Shown here: piece by piece, positions 53,909 to 64,000 of the stretch
How positions within the stretch are numbered: the stretch's first letter is position 1
How the letters are laid out: every line of letters starts with the position of its first letter
From: an uncultured Candidatus Saccharibacteria bacterium
GTDB taxonomy: Bacteria > Patescibacteriota > Saccharimonadia > CAILAD01 > JADZBC01
NCBI GenBank assembly: GCA_964413715.1
Contig: CAYPSN010000003.1
Location: 1,750 to 65,749 of the forward strand
Direction of reading: 5' to 3'
Length of the DNA stretch: 64,000 bases
Notes under the pieces: generated by a model
What the model was told of the DNA's origin: nothing
Seen by the model: only the letters and a program-made list of their open reading frames with translations
Database searches by the model: none
Translations under genes and position numbers: made by a program

Positions 53909-54172
53909 ATGAATAACGGGCGGAAAAAGGCATACCATGAGTCTGACTTTGCGTTTTTAGTTAAAGCAGCGCTGTATTTAATCCTGGGGCTTACTTGGAT
54001 TTCAGTAAATGGCCATCGGGTGATCCCAATTGGCGTAATTTTAGGCTTTCTATTTTCCAAGGTCGACGTGCTAAAAATTGACCGTAAAATTGAATACGCC
54101 CTTCTGGTAGTTGGTGCGCTCCTCGGCTTGGTCTTTACGGGTATCGGCTTAACAGTGGCGCTGAACTTCTAA
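53909..54172 (+). CDS. Small membrane protein (hypothetical)
   Basis: 87 aa with two TM helices; low GC. Confidence 0.4.
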   Translation: MNNGRKKAYHESDFAFLVKAALYLILGLTWISVNGHRVIPIGVILGFLFSKVDVLKIDRKIEYALLVVGALLGLVFTGIGLTVALNF

Positions 54173-54174
54173 AT

Positions 54175-54528
54175 ATGGAATTTGCACCTACACCAGCTTT
54201 TTGGGTGAGCTTGCTGCCGGCGCCCTTTTTGCTTTATCTCAACGTCCGTGTTGGCTTGCTGCTCATCGAGGTACGAAAAAAGACCAAGAAAAGCGCAAAG
54301 CATTACAGTAAGCTCTATCATCAAGGCAGGGCACTCGGCATTATTTCGGCTGGATTTGCCCTATTGCCCGCTATTGTGGAGTGGCGGATTTTTGTCCAGA
54401 GCCCATTTTGGGCTATTTCTTATCTTATTGGCGGGATATTGGGAATTTTAGCTCTGCGTATGGTGCGCAAGGGCTTGTTAGCGGAACTCGGCAGGGCCAA
54501 GCAGACTTCACGCTCAAAAAAGAGTTGA
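54175..54528 (+). CDS. Small membrane protein (hypothetical)
   Basis: 117 aa with TM helices; follows the previous gene by 3 nt. Confidence 0.4.
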   Translation: MEFAPTPAFWVSLLPAPFLLYLNVRVGLLLIEVRKKTKKSAKHYSKLYHQGRALGIISAGFALLPAIVEWRIFVQSPFWAISYLIGGILGILALRMVRKGLLAELGRAKQTSRSKKS

Positions 54529-54554
54529 CACTCCTGTTGGTTATCTGGTAAACT
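54525..54554 (+). promoter_or_regulatory. Putative sigma70 promoter of the S10 ribosomal-protein operon
   Basis: TTGACA, an 18-nt spacer, then TAAACT. A ~140-nt leader with stems precedes rplC. Confidence 0.35.
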
Positions 54555-54694
54555 AACGCTTGGTCTAAAACAATCCATCAGTCTTCATGGCTGGGAAGAG
54601 ATTAGGTCCGTTTGGTCATATAGTCTTAGACGGAAACCCATCTGCTTGCCAGGATTTGTTTTTCTAAGTAAACACAGGGTATAAAGGAAACCAA

Positions 54695-55300
54695 GTGAAA
54701 GCATTGCTTGCAAAAAAAGTTGGAATGACACAGATTTTTGACGAATCTGGCGTAATGACTCCAGTTACCGTACTGGAGGCTGGTCCTTGTGTAGTTACTC
54801 AACTCAAAAGCGAAGAGCGTGATGGCTATCGTGCCGTGCAGATTGGTTTCGGTGATGCCAAGCACCAGCCAAAGCCACAGGCTGGACACCTTAAGTCGGC
54901 TAAAGCAAACAGCCGTCATATGGCAGAATACCGTATTGATAGTGAAGAAACAGAATTCGCAGTAGGTGATGAAATCAAAGTTGATATTTTTGAAGCTGGC
55001 GAGACTGTAGCGGTAAGTGCTGTATCCAAGGGTAAAGGATTTGCCGGTACAATTAAGCGCCATAACTTCAAACGCGGACCAAAGACTCACGGTAGTCATA
55101 ACTATCGGGCACCTGGTTCGATTGGCGCTGGTTATCCTCAACACGTATTTAAAGGCCAAAAAATGGCTGGCCAAATGGGTAATGAGCAAGTAACGGTTAA
55201 GAACCTAAAGATTATGGAAGTTGACGCTGCTAATAATCTGCTTGTCGTACGTGGTGCAGTTCCTGGTCCAAAGAAAAGCTTAGTGATGGTAAAGGGTTAG
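54695..55300 (+). CDS. rplC: 50S ribosomal protein L3
   Basis: Unambiguous. Confidence 0.95.
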   Translation: MKALLAKKVGMTQIFDESGVMTPVTVLEAGPCVVTQLKSEERDGYRAVQIGFGDAKHQPKPQAGHLKSAKANSRHMAEYRIDSEETEFAVGDEIKVDIFEAGETVAVSAVSKGKGFAGTIKRHNFKRGPKTHGSHNYRAPGSIGAGYPQHVFKGQKMAGQMGNEQVTVKNLKIMEVDAANNLLVVRGAVPGPKKSLVMVKG

Positions 55301-55301
55301 A

Positions 55302-55934
55302 ATGATGAAAGTAGCCACATATACAGCTTCAGGTAGCAAGGCAAGCACAGAGGTAACTCTAGACAAGTCAGTATTTGGTCGTGAGCTTAATCCTGAGCTT
55401 TTAGGGTTGGCTTATCGTCGCAGCCTAGCGAATCGACGCACCAACAACGCCAAGACGCTTACTCGAGGCCTTGTTTCAGGTGGGGGACGCAAACCATGGC
55501 GCCAAAAGGGCACAGGACGTGCTCGCGTAGGTTCGAGCAGAACTCCACTTTGGCGAACAGGTGGTATCGTTTTTGGCCCAACCGGAAACGAAAATTACAA
55601 TATTACGATGACCCGTAAGATGGTCCGTAGTTCTGTGGCTCAAGCTCTCAGTGCACAGGTTGACGCAATCAGCGTGATTGAAACCTTTGCACCTAAAGAG
55701 GCGAAAACTCGTGTGGCGGTTGAGTTGTTGGCCAAACTAGGCGTAGAAGGCCGCGTGCTTATCATCGTTGCAGAAATGAACGACACACTGGTGCGTTCTG
55801 TTTCTAACCTATCTGACGTATATGCTTCTACGGTTGGTCGCGTGACCGCATTCGACGTGCTAAATGCCGATGCAATTATTATTGAAAAGCCGGCTCTAGA
55901 CGGTCTAAAGCAGTGGCTAGGGGGTAAAAACTAA
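55302..55934 (+). CDS. rplD: 50S ribosomal protein L4
   Basis: Unambiguous. Confidence 0.95.
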   Translation: MMKVATYTASGSKASTEVTLDKSVFGRELNPELLGLAYRRSLANRRTNNAKTLTRGLVSGGGRKPWRQKGTGRARVGSSRTPLWRTGGIVFGPTGNENYNITMTRKMVRSSVAQALSAQVDAISVIETFAPKEAKTRVAVELLAKLGVEGRVLIIVAEMNDTLVRSVSNLSDVYASTVGRVTAFDVLNADAIIIEKPALDGLKQWLGGKN

Positions 55935-56293
55935 TGAGTAGCCTTATTCTCAAGCCAGTGATTTCAGAAAAGAGTATTATGCTTGCTGCACAGCGAGTAT
56001 ATACCTTTGAAGTGCCAATGCAGACGAATAAGATCGAAGTTGGTCGCGCAGTGAAGGCGGCTTTCAATGTGGATGCAACTGACGTGCGCATAATTATCAC
56101 TAAAGGCAAAGTTAAGCGTTTCAAGGGCAAAATGGGTAAGCGAGTTGATGTCAAAAAAGCTCTTGTAAGCCTCAAAGACGGTCAGACTATCTCTGTTTTC
56201 GAAGCAGAAGCCGAGACTAAGGAAGACAAGAAGGACAAAAAGCCCGTCAAGAAAGCTGAAGACAAAAAGTCTCAGTCTAAGGAGTTGAAGTAA
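55934..56293 (+). CDS. rplW: 50S ribosomal protein L23 (Lys-rich C-terminal tail)
   Basis: L23 core plus a [24 protein letters not shown] tail. Confidence 0.9.
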   Translation: MSSLILKPVISEKSIMLAAQRVYTFEVPMQTNKIEVGRAVKAAFNVDATDVRIIITKGKVKRFKGKMGKRVDVKKALVSLKDGQTISVFEAEAETKEDKKDKKPVKKAEDKKSQSKELK

Positions 56294-57126
56294 TGGCCGT
56301 ACGCGTCTATAAACCAAATACAGCTGCCCGCCGTAATATGAGCGTGAGTGACTTTGCCGAGATTACTAAGAAATCTCCCGAAAAATCACTGCTTTTAAAG
56401 CGCAAACAGAAGGCAGGACGCAATAATCAAGGTAAAATTACCGTTCGCCATCGTGGCGGTGGTGCCAAGCGTGCTATTCGAATCGTTGATTTTAAACTGC
56501 AGGGCGTTGAAGGTGCAAAAGTTATTGCCATCGAGTACGACCCAGGTAGAAGTGCACGCTTAGCCTTGCTTCAGCTCAAAGAAGGCGGCAAAGCTTATGT
56601 TATTGCAAATGCTGGGATTAAAGTTGGCCAAACCATCTCTTCGGGCGAAAGTGCAGAAATCAAGGTCGGCAATCGTCTACCACTCTCAGCCATTCCGGTC
56701 GGTTCTGTAATCTCTAACATCGAGCTTACTCCTGGTCGTGGTGGTCAGCTGGCTCGCTCGGCTGGTGCACGTGCCCAGCTTGCTGCTAAAGAAGGCGTGT
56801 ATGTACAAGTTAAACTGCCATCGGGTGAAGTTCGCTTGGTGCATCACACGTGCATGGCGACACTTGGTGCGATTGGTAATGCCGATCATCAGAACATTAA
56901 GGTTGGTAATGCAGGACGCAAGCGCCACATGGGTATCCGCCCAACCGTTCGCGGTAAGGCCATGAACCCGGTCGATCACCCTCACGGTGGTGGTGAAGGC
57001 GGCACTGATATTGGTATGCCTTTCCAGAAGACTCCTTGGGGTAAGCATGCACTCGGTAAGCGTACACGCAGCCGTAAGAAGGGCGCAGATATGATTATTC
57101 GCCGACGCGGAAAGGGTAATAGGTAG
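56293..57126 (+). CDS. rplB: 50S ribosomal protein L2
   Basis: Unambiguous. Confidence 0.95.
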   Translation: MAVRVYKPNTAARRNMSVSDFAEITKKSPEKSLLLKRKQKAGRNNQGKITVRHRGGGAKRAIRIVDFKLQGVEGAKVIAIEYDPGRSARLALLQLKEGGKAYVIANAGIKVGQTISSGESAEIKVGNRLPLSAIPVGSVISNIELTPGRGGQLARSAGARAQLAAKEGVYVQVKLPSGEVRLVHHTCMATLGAIGNADHQNIKVGNAGRKRHMGIRPTVRGKAMNPVDHPHGGGEGGTDIGMPFQKTPWGKHALGKRTRSRKKGADMIIRRRGKGNR

Positions 57127-57134
57127 GATTAGTT

Positions 57135-57413
57135 ATGAGTAGATCACTGAAAAAAGGTCCATACGTAGACGCAAAATTGCTCAAAAAAGTAATGGCACTT
57201 GGTCCAAACGACAAGACTGTTATTAAAACTTGGGCACGAGCGAGTAGTATTTCTCCAGAAATGGTCGGCAAGACCATTGCGGTGCATAATGGCAAGCAGC
57301 ATATCCCAGTTTTTGTAACTGAAAATATGGTTGGTCATAAGCTCGGCGAATTTTCTCCAACCCGAAAATTCCGTGGCCATGGTGGTAAATTAGCAAAGGC
57401 ACAAGGAAAGTAG
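57135..57413 (+). CDS. rpsS: 30S ribosomal protein S19
   Basis: Unambiguous. Confidence 0.95.
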   Translation: MSRSLKKGPYVDAKLLKKVMALGPNDKTVIKTWARASSISPEMVGKTIAVHNGKQHIPVFVTENMVGHKLGEFSPTRKFRGHGGKLAKAQGK

Positions 57414-57414
57414 T

Positions 57415-57795
57415 ATGAAGGTCCAAGCCAAAACCCGCCAGCTTCCAATCTCGGCTCGTAAGCTACGTCTTGTGGCTGATATGGTGCGTGGCAAAGATGT
57501 CGTCGCTGCCCAGCAAATTCTGGCTGCAACCAACAAGAAGGCTGCCGTCATGGTAAGTAGTACGCTCAAAAGTGCAAGCGCAAATGCTGAGAATAACTAC
57601 AACCTGAATCCTAAAGCTCTACACATCGACGAGATTCGTGTAGATGAGGGTTCAACGCTAAAGCGAATGCGTCCACGTGCTAAAGGTGCGAGTAGTGCAA
57701 TTCTGCATCGTAGCTCTCATCTGTTGGTTGTTGTGAGCGATGCTAAAGAGCAAGCCAGCAGTACCCCAAAATCGACTAATAAGGAGGCAAAATAA
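57415..57795 (+). CDS. rplV: 50S ribosomal protein L22
   Basis: Unambiguous. Confidence 0.95.
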   Translation: MKVQAKTRQLPISARKLRLVADMVRGKDVVAAQQILAATNKKAAVMVSSTLKSASANAENNYNLNPKALHIDEIRVDEGSTLKRMRPRAKGASSAILHRSSHLLVVVSDAKEQASSTPKSTNKEAK

Positions 57796-58412
57796 TGGGT
57801 CAAAAAGTAAATCCAACGAGTTTTCGTCTCCAGGTCAATAAAGGCTGGTCAAGCAAATGGTTTGCCGAAAAAGACTTTGCTAAGAACCTCGCGAATGATA
57901 TCGCAATTCGCCGTGTAATCTCTCGCACGCTCAACTTCCGCGCGGGTGTAGCCGCAGTTGATATCGAGCGCTCAACAGGAGCTGTGAGTGTGACTATTCA
58001 CACCTCAAAGCCGGGTGTTGTAATCGGTCGCAGTGGTTCTGGAATCGAAGCACTGAAAAAAGCTTTGGCAAAAGTTGCTGGCTCAAACATTAAAGTAAAT
58101 ATCGAAGAAGTTAAGCAGCCTGAAATGTGTGCACAGCTGATTGCTGAAAATGTTGCTTCCCAGCTTGAGCGCCGTATTGCCTTCCGTCGCGTCATCAAGA
58201 TGACGGTCGATAGTGCTGTCAAAGCCGGTGCCTTGGGTGCAAAAGTACGTGTGGCTGGTCGCTTGAACGGAGCCGAAATGGCTCGCGCCGAAGTTGCTTC
58301 ACAAGGTAGTATTCCGCTCCATACCCTGAGAGCGAATATTGAGTACGGTACGGCGGAAGCCAAGACCACCTATGGTGTGATTGGTGTAAAAGTATGGGTA
58401 TACAAGAAGTAG
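57795..58412 (+). CDS. rpsC: 30S ribosomal protein S3
   Basis: Unambiguous. Confidence 0.95.
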   Translation: MGQKVNPTSFRLQVNKGWSSKWFAEKDFAKNLANDIAIRRVISRTLNFRAGVAAVDIERSTGAVSVTIHTSKPGVVIGRSGSGIEALKKALAKVAGSNIKVNIEEVKQPEMCAQLIAENVASQLERRIAFRRVIKMTVDSAVKAGALGAKVRVAGRLNGAEMARAEVASQGSIPLHTLRANIEYGTAEAKTTYGVIGVKVWVYKK

Positions 58413-58427
58413 GCTGAGGAAAAAGAA

Positions 58428-58859
58428 ATGCTGTTACCAAAGAAAACCAAATTCAGAAAAGCAATGAAAGGCAAGAATGCCGGTGTTGCTACTCGTGGTA
58501 CCGAAATTAACTTCGGTCGCTACGGCCTACAGGCGATGAGTAACGAACGTATTACTTCACGTCAGATTGAAGCTGCCCGTCGTGCTATGACTCGATACAT
58601 TAAGCGTGGTGGTAAAATCTGGATTCGAATTTTCCCTCACACACCTGTTACTTCTAAACCAGCCGAAGTTCGAATGGGTAGCGGTAAGGGCGCACTTAGC
58701 CACTACGTGGCGAAAGTCCAGGCTGGTAGAATTATGTTTGAAATGGATGGTGTCACAGAAGAAATTGCCAAGGAAGCCATGCGCCTAGCAGCAATGAAAC
58801 TGCCTGTGAAGACCAAGTTTATTGTGAAATCATCACCAGGAGAGAGTCATGAAGGTTAA
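58428..58859 (+). CDS. rplP: 50S ribosomal protein L16
   Basis: Unambiguous. Confidence 0.95.
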   Translation: MLLPKKTKFRKAMKGKNAGVATRGTEINFGRYGLQAMSNERITSRQIEAARRAMTRYIKRGGKIWIRIFPHTPVTSKPAEVRMGSGKGALSHYVAKVQAGRIMFEMDGVTEEIAKEAMRLAAMKLPVKTKFIVKSSPGESHEG

Positions 58860-59061
58860 GGAAATGCGCACAAAATCTACAAAAGAGCTCGAGACTATGT
58901 TGGTAGACTTGCAGAGCAAGCTGGCTCAAACCCATATTGATATGCGTGTTAAAGAATCGCCAAACGTAAAGCAGATACGTGCACTCAAGCGCGACATTGC
59001 ACGAGTTCTGACACTGCAGTGTGAAGCTGAAATCAAGGAAATGGAGAAATCAAATGAGTAG
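58849..59061 (+). CDS. rpmC: 50S ribosomal protein L29
   Basis: Typical L29. Confidence 0.9.
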   Translation: MKVKEMRTKSTKELETMLVDLQSKLAQTHIDMRVKESPNVKQIRALKRDIARVLTLQCEAEIKEMEKSNE

Positions 59062-59314
59062 AGTATTAAGCGGCAAGGTCGTATCAAACAAGATGGATAA
59101 GACTGTAGTTGTGGCCGTAGAGCGCCTCAAGACTCATCCTTTGTATAAGAAACAGTATAAGACAACTGCTAAGTTCAAAGCTCATGACGAAGAGAATCAG
59201 TTCAAAGTTGGTGATCTTGTTGAGATTACAGAAACCCGTCCATTGAGCAAGACCAAGAAGTTTACCGTTACCAAGAAAACAGGTGAAGTAATCGTGAAAG
59301 GGGCCAGCAAATGA
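59054..59314 (+). CDS. rpsQ: 30S ribosomal protein S17
   Basis: The ATG at 59054 ([17 protein letters not shown]) overlaps the rpmC stop. The ORF-track start at 59021 is an in-frame upstream extension. Confidence 0.9.
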   Translation: MSRVLSGKVVSNKMDKTVVVAVERLKTHPLYKKQYKTTAKFKAHDEENQFKVGDLVEITETRPLSKTKKFTVTKKTGEVIVKGASK

Positions 59315-59679
59315 TACAGCCACAGACCCGATTAAAGATTGCTGACAACACCGGCGCTAAGCAGATTATGTGTATTAAGGTGTTGGGTGGCTCACGTCGT
59401 CGTTACGCGCGCGTTGGTGATATTATTGTTGCGAGTGTGAAGACTGCCACGCCAAACGGTACGGTGAAGAAAAAAGAAGTTATTCGTGCAGTAGTAGTGC
59501 GTACACACAAAGAAACACTACGTGCCGACGGTTCTTCAATTCGTTTTGATGAAAATGCCGCAGTTGTTATAGACAAGGCGGGCATGCCACGAGGAACACG
59601 TATCTTTGGTCCAGTAACGCGTGAATTGCGCGAGCGTGGCTACATGAAGATTGTTTCATTGGCACCGGAGGTACTGTAA
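59311..59679 (+). CDS. rplN: 50S ribosomal protein L14
   Basis: Unambiguous. Confidence 0.95.
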   Translation: MIQPQTRLKIADNTGAKQIMCIKVLGGSRRRYARVGDIIVASVKTATPNGTVKKKEVIRAVVVRTHKETLRADGSSIRFDENAAVVIDKAGMPRGTRIFGPVTRELRERGYMKIVSLAPEVL

Positions 59680-60062
59680 TGGCTGGTATGAAGCTCAAAT
59701 TGAAAGACAAAGTCATGGTTATTAAAGGCCGCGACAAAGGCAAGAAGGGTGAAGTGGTGGCAGTGCTGCCAAAGACGAATCAAGTGGTCGTCGAGGGCGT
59801 ACAGGTTGTGAAGCGTCACACGAAGCCAAATGCAAAAACGCCACGTGGCGGGATCGTCGAAGTAGTGAAGCCAATTGATGTAGCTAAGGTCATGGTACTT
59901 GATCCATCGACTGGACGTCCAGCGCGCATTGGCTATAAGCTTGATGCCAAAGGCAACAAAGAGCGTGTTTTCAAGGTTTCGCCGTTCAAGAACAAAACCA
60001 CAAAGCCAGCTACGGCAAAGGCCACCAAGGCCGATAGTACTGCAAGGAAGAGTGAGAAGTAG
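59679..60062 (+). CDS. rplX: 50S ribosomal protein L24 (K/A-rich C-terminal tail)
   Basis: KOW motif; GGAGG lies 8 nt before the first ATG. Confidence 0.9.
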   Translation: MAGMKLKLKDKVMVIKGRDKGKKGEVVAVLPKTNQVVVEGVQVVKRHTKPNAKTPRGGIVEVVKPIDVAKVMVLDPSTGRPARIGYKLDAKGNKERVFKVSPFKNKTTKPATAKATKADSTARKSEK

Positions 60063-60064
60063 AC

Positions 60065-60613
60065 ATGAATAGACTAAAAGAACATTACCGAACTACAGTG
60101 ACTAAAGACTTGGCTGACAAGCTTGGTTTGAAGAACCCCCATCAAATTCCGAAAGTGGAGAAGATTGTGGTAAGTGTTGGTGTTGGTCGTGCGCTGCAAG
60201 ACAGCAAGCACCTCGACCAAGCTGTAGCTACGCTCACGAAAATTACTGGCCAGAAGCCAGTTATCACCAAAGCGCGCAAGAGTATCGCAACCTTCAAGTT
60301 GCGTGATGGCAATGAAATTGGCGCAACAGTCACTCTGCGTGGCGATAGAATGTACTTTTTCCTTGACCAATTGGTGAACGTGGTGCTCCCTCGTATCCGT
60401 GACTTCCATGGTGTAAAGGCTGGTGCTTTTGATCCAATGGGTAACTATAGCATTGGTATTAAGGAACAGACGGTTTTTCCACAAATTTCTTACGAAGATG
60501 CTACTACCACCCACGGGTTGCAAATTAACATAATTACAAGCGGTAAAGACCGAGAAGCCTCATATGCGCTTCTGGCTGGTCTTGGAATGCCGTTTGAGAA
60601 AGGAGCGAACTAA
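60065..60613 (+). CDS. rplE: 50S ribosomal protein L5
   Basis: Unambiguous. Confidence 0.95.
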   Translation: MNRLKEHYRTTVTKDLADKLGLKNPHQIPKVEKIVVSVGVGRALQDSKHLDQAVATLTKITGQKPVITKARKSIATFKLRDGNEIGATVTLRGDRMYFFLDQLVNVVLPRIRDFHGVKAGAFDPMGNYSIGIKEQTVFPQISYEDATTTHGLQINIITSGKDREASYALLAGLGMPFEKGAN

Positions 60614-60882
60614 TGGCTAGAAAAGCACTCATTCAACGAGAGTTAAAGCGACAAAAGTTAGCAGAAAAATATGCCGTTAAGCGCGCCGAATTAAAAGCTG
60701 CAGGTGACTTGGAGGGCTTGGCAAAGTTGCCACGTAACTCAAATCCAAATCGCATGCGTAACCGCTGTGAAGTGACTGGAAGATCACGGGGCTACCTCCG
60801 TAAGTTCGGATTGTCGCGTATCACATTCCGCGAATATGCATCCAAAGGGCAGATTCCTGGCGTAACAAAATCAAGTTGGTAA
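60613..60882 (+). CDS. rpsN: 30S ribosomal protein S14 (long, non-zinc type)
   Basis: 89 aa with no CxxC pairs. Confidence 0.9.
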   Translation: MARKALIQRELKRQKLAEKYAVKRAELKAAGDLEGLAKLPRNSNPNRMRNRCEVTGRSRGYLRKFGLSRITFREYASKGQIPGVTKSSW

Positions 60883-60898
60883 AGGAAAGGAGACAAGC

Positions 60899-61294
60899 AT
60901 GATTACAACAGATCCAATTGCAGATATGCTGACACGCATCCGAAATGCGCGTGGTGCTAGCATGTCTCGTGTCTCAATTCCTTACTCAAGGATTAAGTTT
61001 CAGATTGCCGAGATTCTTAAGGCAAGCGGCTATCTTTCTGACGTTAAAGTTTCCAAAAATGGTGCTTTTCAGGTGCTTGACCTCGGTATCGACGGCGAAG
61101 GCGTGAAGCGACCTTTGCAAAAACTCTTGCGCGTAAGCAAGCCGGGCCGCCGTGTATATGCCAAGCGTGATGAAATTCCTCACGTGCTAAGCGGTCGTGG
61201 GATCGTGATAGTTTCGACTTCGTCAGGCCTCATGACTGGTCAGCAGGCAAGACAAAAGGGCTTGGGCGGTGAATTAATTTGTAAGGTTTGGTAG
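60899..61294 (+). CDS. rpsH: 30S ribosomal protein S8
   Basis: Unambiguous. Confidence 0.95.
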   Translation: MITTDPIADMLTRIRNARGASMSRVSIPYSRIKFQIAEILKASGYLSDVKVSKNGAFQVLDLGIDGEGVKRPLQKLLRVSKPGRRVYAKRDEIPHVLSGRGIVIVSTSSGLMTGQQARQKGLGGELICKVW

Positions 61295-61301
61295 GTAGAA
61301 G

Positions 61302-61841
61302 ATGAGTAGAATTGGTAAAATCCCCGTATCTATCCCCGCAGGCGTCACGCTTGAAGTGAAAGATGGTGTTATCGTGGTGACCGGCTCAAAAGGTACCCTT
61401 ACACAGCCACTTTTTGATGGCTTTTCTATCGAACAGACCGAAGGAAGCCTGACTATCGTACGTACTGAAGAAAACACTGAAACTCAGAAGCAGTTTGGGC
61501 TACTTCGTACACTGGTCGCTAACATGATCCAGGGTGTGTCTGAAGGTTTTTCAAAAACGCTCGAAATTAATGGTGTTGGTTATCGTGCAGCTGCTGAAGG
61601 TCGCGGCGTTAGTCTCAGCTTAGGCTACTCCCACAAGATTAGCTATCTTCCACCAGAAGGCGTTGATTTAAAAGTTGAAGGCAACACTATTGTAGTGTCA
61701 GGCTTTGATAAGCAACTCGTTGGTGAAGCGGCAGCCAAGATCCGTTCATACCGTAAACCAGAACCATATAAGGGTAAAGGCATTAAGTACGCAGGTGAAC
61801 ACATCAGACGCAAGGCTGGTAAGACGGCGGCAAAGGGATAA
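61302..61841 (+). CDS. rplF: 50S ribosomal protein L6
   Basis: Unambiguous. Confidence 0.95.
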   Translation: MSRIGKIPVSIPAGVTLEVKDGVIVVTGSKGTLTQPLFDGFSIEQTEGSLTIVRTEENTETQKQFGLLRTLVANMIQGVSEGFSKTLEINGVGYRAAAEGRGVSLSLGYSHKISYLPPEGVDLKVEGNTIVVSGFDKQLVGEAAAKIRSYRKPEPYKGKGIKYAGEHIRRKAGKTAAKG

Positions 61842-61845
61842 GATA

Positions 61846-62193
61846 ATGAAAAGAATACATTCAGAACAACTCAAGAAAAAAAGGATCCGCGCGAATATTT
61901 TCGGTACTGCTCAGCGTCCTCGTTTAGCGGTAGCAGTGTCTAACCGACAATTGACCGCTCAGCTGATTGACGATGCTGCTGGCCAGACCTTGGCCTATGC
62001 TACGTCGACAAATCAAAAGGATTTGGCAGGTAAGAGCATGACGCAGAAGGCTGTTTGGGTAGGTGAGCAGATAGCTCAAACCGCTAAGGCAAAGAAAATT
62101 GACACAGTGGTTTTTGATCGCGGTACGCACATTTATCACGGTCGAGTGGCAGCATTAGCTGGCGCCGCACGCGAGAAAGGACTAAAATTCTAG
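61846..62193 (+). CDS. rplR: 50S ribosomal protein L18
   Basis: The ATG (MKRIHSEQLKKKRIRANIFGTAQRPRLAV) follows AAAGGGATAAG. The ORF-track start at 61705 overlaps rplF in another frame and is spurious. Confidence 0.9.
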   Translation: MKRIHSEQLKKKRIRANIFGTAQRPRLAVAVSNRQLTAQLIDDAAGQTLAYATSTNQKDLAGKSMTQKAVWVGEQIAQTAKAKKIDTVVFDRGTHIYHGRVAALAGAAREKGLKF

Positions 62194-62195
62194 AT

Positions 62196-62684
62196 ATGGC
62201 AGCAACAGAAGTAGTAAAAGAGTTTGAAGAAAAGATCATTGCCCTAGATCGCGTAACTCGCGTGGTGAAGGGTGGACGTCGTTTTCGATTCCGTGCAACT
62301 GTAGTAGTTGGTAACGGTCAAAACAAGGTTGGTGTTGGTGTTGGCAAGGGCCAAGACGTGCAGTCAGCTATTGCAAAAGCGGTGAGTAAGGCTAAAAAAG
62401 CCATGGTCACTGTTGATCTCACGAACGGAACCATCCCCCACGAAACCCAAGTAACTTTTGGCGGAGCTACCGTTTTTATGAAGCCAGCTAGCCCAGGAAC
62501 TGGTGTGATTGCCGGAGGAGCTGTTCGTTCAGTAGTAGAAGCTGCCGGTATTAGAGATCTTCTAACCAAGTCACTTGGTTCAACCAACAAGATTAACAAT
62601 GCCTATGCCACCCAAGAAGCACTTGCCGGACTAGGTCGAGTCGCTGCTTTTGATAAGAAACCTGTATCTAAGGAGGCAAAATAA
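62196..62684 (+). CDS. rpsE: 30S ribosomal protein S5
   Basis: Unambiguous. Confidence 0.95.
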   Translation: MAATEVVKEFEEKIIALDRVTRVVKGGRRFRFRATVVVGNGQNKVGVGVGKGQDVQSAIAKAVSKAKKAMVTVDLTNGTIPHETQVTFGGATVFMKPASPGTGVIAGGAVRSVVEAAGIRDLLTKSLGSTNKINNAYATQEALAGLGRVAAFDKKPVSKEAK

Positions 62685-63197
62685 ATGAAAATTCACGAAT
62701 TGCCTTTAACCTCGCATAAGGCTAAGAAGCGAGTTGGTCGTGGTATCGGTGCAGGGCAGGGTAAGACTGCTGGTCGCGGTACAAAAGGGCAGAATGCTCG
62801 TACTGGCGGTGGCGTACGCTTAGGTTTTGAAGGTGGGCAGACTCAGCTGGCGCAGCGCCTACCAAAAGCCAGAGGCTTTAAGGCTATCAACCCTACTAAT
62901 TACCAGGTCGTGAACGTCGGCGACTTGGCTAAGTTCAAGGCTGGTAAAGTTGACGCTGCCATGTTGGCAAAAGCCGGATTAGTCAAAAAGGCTGATGGTT
63001 TGATAAAATTACTTGCAGTAGGTGACGTTTCGGCGGCCTATACTGTAGAGGTAAATGCAGCCAGCCAGGCAGCAATTGCAAAAATTGAAGCTGCTGGTGG
63101 CAAGGTGAGTGTAGACGGCAAGACCAAGCCTGCTGTTGAGGCTAGCGATAAGGCAGAAAAACCGGCCAAGAAGACGAGTGCGACACAGAAAAACTAA
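62685..63197 (+). CDS. rplO: 50S ribosomal protein L15 (extended C-terminus); directly follows rpsE with no rpmD between
   Basis: L15 N-terminus (GRGIGAGQGKTAGRGTKGQ); starts 1 nt after the rpsE stop. Confidence 0.9.
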   Translation: MKIHELPLTSHKAKKRVGRGIGAGQGKTAGRGTKGQNARTGGGVRLGFEGGQTQLAQRLPKARGFKAINPTNYQVVNVGDLAKFKAGKVDAAMLAKAGLVKKADGLIKLLAVGDVSAAYTVEVNAASQAAIAKIEAAGGKVSVDGKTKPAVEASDKAEKPAKKTSATQKN

Positions 63198-63215
63198 ACG
63201 AGAGGGTGACGCTGC

Positions 63216-64000
63216 ATGAATACCGCGGTGTTGAGACAAGTATATCGTAACAAGGACTTGCGAAAGCGTGTCGGCGTGGTGGCGCTTGTACTCTTTGTGT
63301 ATGCCTTTATTTCCAACGTACCAGTTCCGGTACCCGACACGGTAAAGCTGCAAAGCTTTCTGCTGCGTCTGTTTCAGTCTAACCCGCTCTTAGGTTTTGC
63401 TAATTTATTCTCGGGCGGAGCCATGACGAACTTTTCAATAATCTTGATGGGGCTTGGTCCGTACATTAATGCCTCAATCATCATGCAGCTGCTCACCCAA
63501 GTTGTGCCCAAACTCGAAGCCCTCAATAAGGAAGGTGAAGCGGGCAGGAATAAGATTAACTACTATACGAGGCTTTTGACAGTACCATTGGCGCTTGTGC
63601 AGTCTGTGGCGATGATCTTTTTTGTGCAAACTACTTCTAAGCAAATTGCAGGGGTTGATTTAATCGGTAAGCCTTCGCCGTTTCAGTGGGTTTTGATGGT
63701 TGCGACTATCACCGCTGGTAGCATGCTCTTGATGTGGCTGGGGGAAATTATTACCGATCGTGGGGTGGGTAATGGTATCTCTATCTTGATTGTTGCCGGA
63801 ATCGTTTCACGCTTGCCTGCGACAATCTCGCAGCAATTAACACTTATCCAAACTGACCCTTCCAAGATAGTCGGTGTTGTTGCTATGGCCGGGCTTTTCA
63901 TTTTGACAGTGGTTGGGGTGGTATTTATTAATGAGGGGCAGCGTAATATTCCTGTTTCCTATGCTCGACGAACCAACGCGAATGCCGCCTATGGCTCAGT
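63216..64000 (+). CDS. secY: Protein translocase subunit SecY (3'-truncated at window end)
   Basis: The ATG sits ~6 nt after GAGAGGGTGA, and the frame stays open to the window end. SecY TM1-TM3 motifs are present (LFSGGAMTNFSIILMGLGPYINASIIMQLL). The gene is absent from the ORF track because there is no in-window stop. Confidence 0.8.
   Translation, partial: MNTAVLRQVYRNKDLRKRVGVVALVLFVYAFISNVPVPVPDTVKLQSFLLRLFQSNPLLGFANLFSGGAMTNFSIILMGLGPYINASIIMQLLTQVVPKLEALNKEGEAGRNKINYYTRLLTVPLALVQSVAMIFFVQTTSKQIAGVDLIGKPSPFQWVLMVATITAGSMLLMWLGEIITDRGVGNGISILIVAGIVSRLPATISQQLTLIQTDPSKIVGVVAMAGLFILTVVGVVFINEGQRNIPVSYARRTNANAAYGS

Noticed and set aside
61705-61845. ORF-track N-terminal extension of rplR
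   Set aside because: It overlaps the 3' end of rplF in another frame. The L18 homology begins at the ATG at 61846, which has its own RBS.

Overview
This 64-kb window has a low-GC (~45%) backbone whose gene content and order look like a small-genome Patescibacteria/CPR bacterium (Saccharibacteria-like). Backbone genes are lemA-htpX, ligA, gatC-gatA-(inserted ORF)-gatB, dnaE, rplS, rnhB, yraN, nusA, clpC, radA, a PIN/TRAM gene, a class-A PBP, tyrS, recG, rsmD, tRNA-Leu(TAG), tig, clpP, an MFS transporter, rpoB-rpoC, rpsL-rpsG-fusA-tuf-rpsJ, and an S10/spc ribosomal-protein operon from rplC to rplO followed by the 5' end of secY. The operon has no rpmD (L30) gene between rpsE and rplO, and rpsN is the long type. 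The most interesting signal is compositional. Six discrete protein-coding high-GC islands (~65-70% GC, GC-rich third codon positions) sit only in intergenic gaps of this backbone. Each is a self-contained cassette with its own Shine-Dalgarno sequence, one or two genes, and a near-perfect GC-rich hairpin terminator. Their cargo is a major-vault-protein homolog (cut by the window edge), a short serpin-like protein with a 104-aa partner and its own promoter, a TK1-type thymidine kinase with a 62-aa partner, and three small orphan proteins (165, 117 and 104 aa). A seventh high-GC block next to one cassette is noncoding, and three further GC-elevated noncoding blocks of 450-700 nt are dense in perfect hairpins. 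One of those carries an exact SRP-RNA domain-IV motif; the rest are unassigned structured-RNA candidates. No CRISPR array, integrase or transposase was found. The mosaic is either repeated foreign-DNA acquisition at intergenic sites, a chimeric or engineered assembly, or an undescribed set of cassette-borne accessory genes. I could not decide between these without searches. Coordinates I derived by hand (alternative starts, hairpins, tRNA, promoters) may be off by 1-2 nt.
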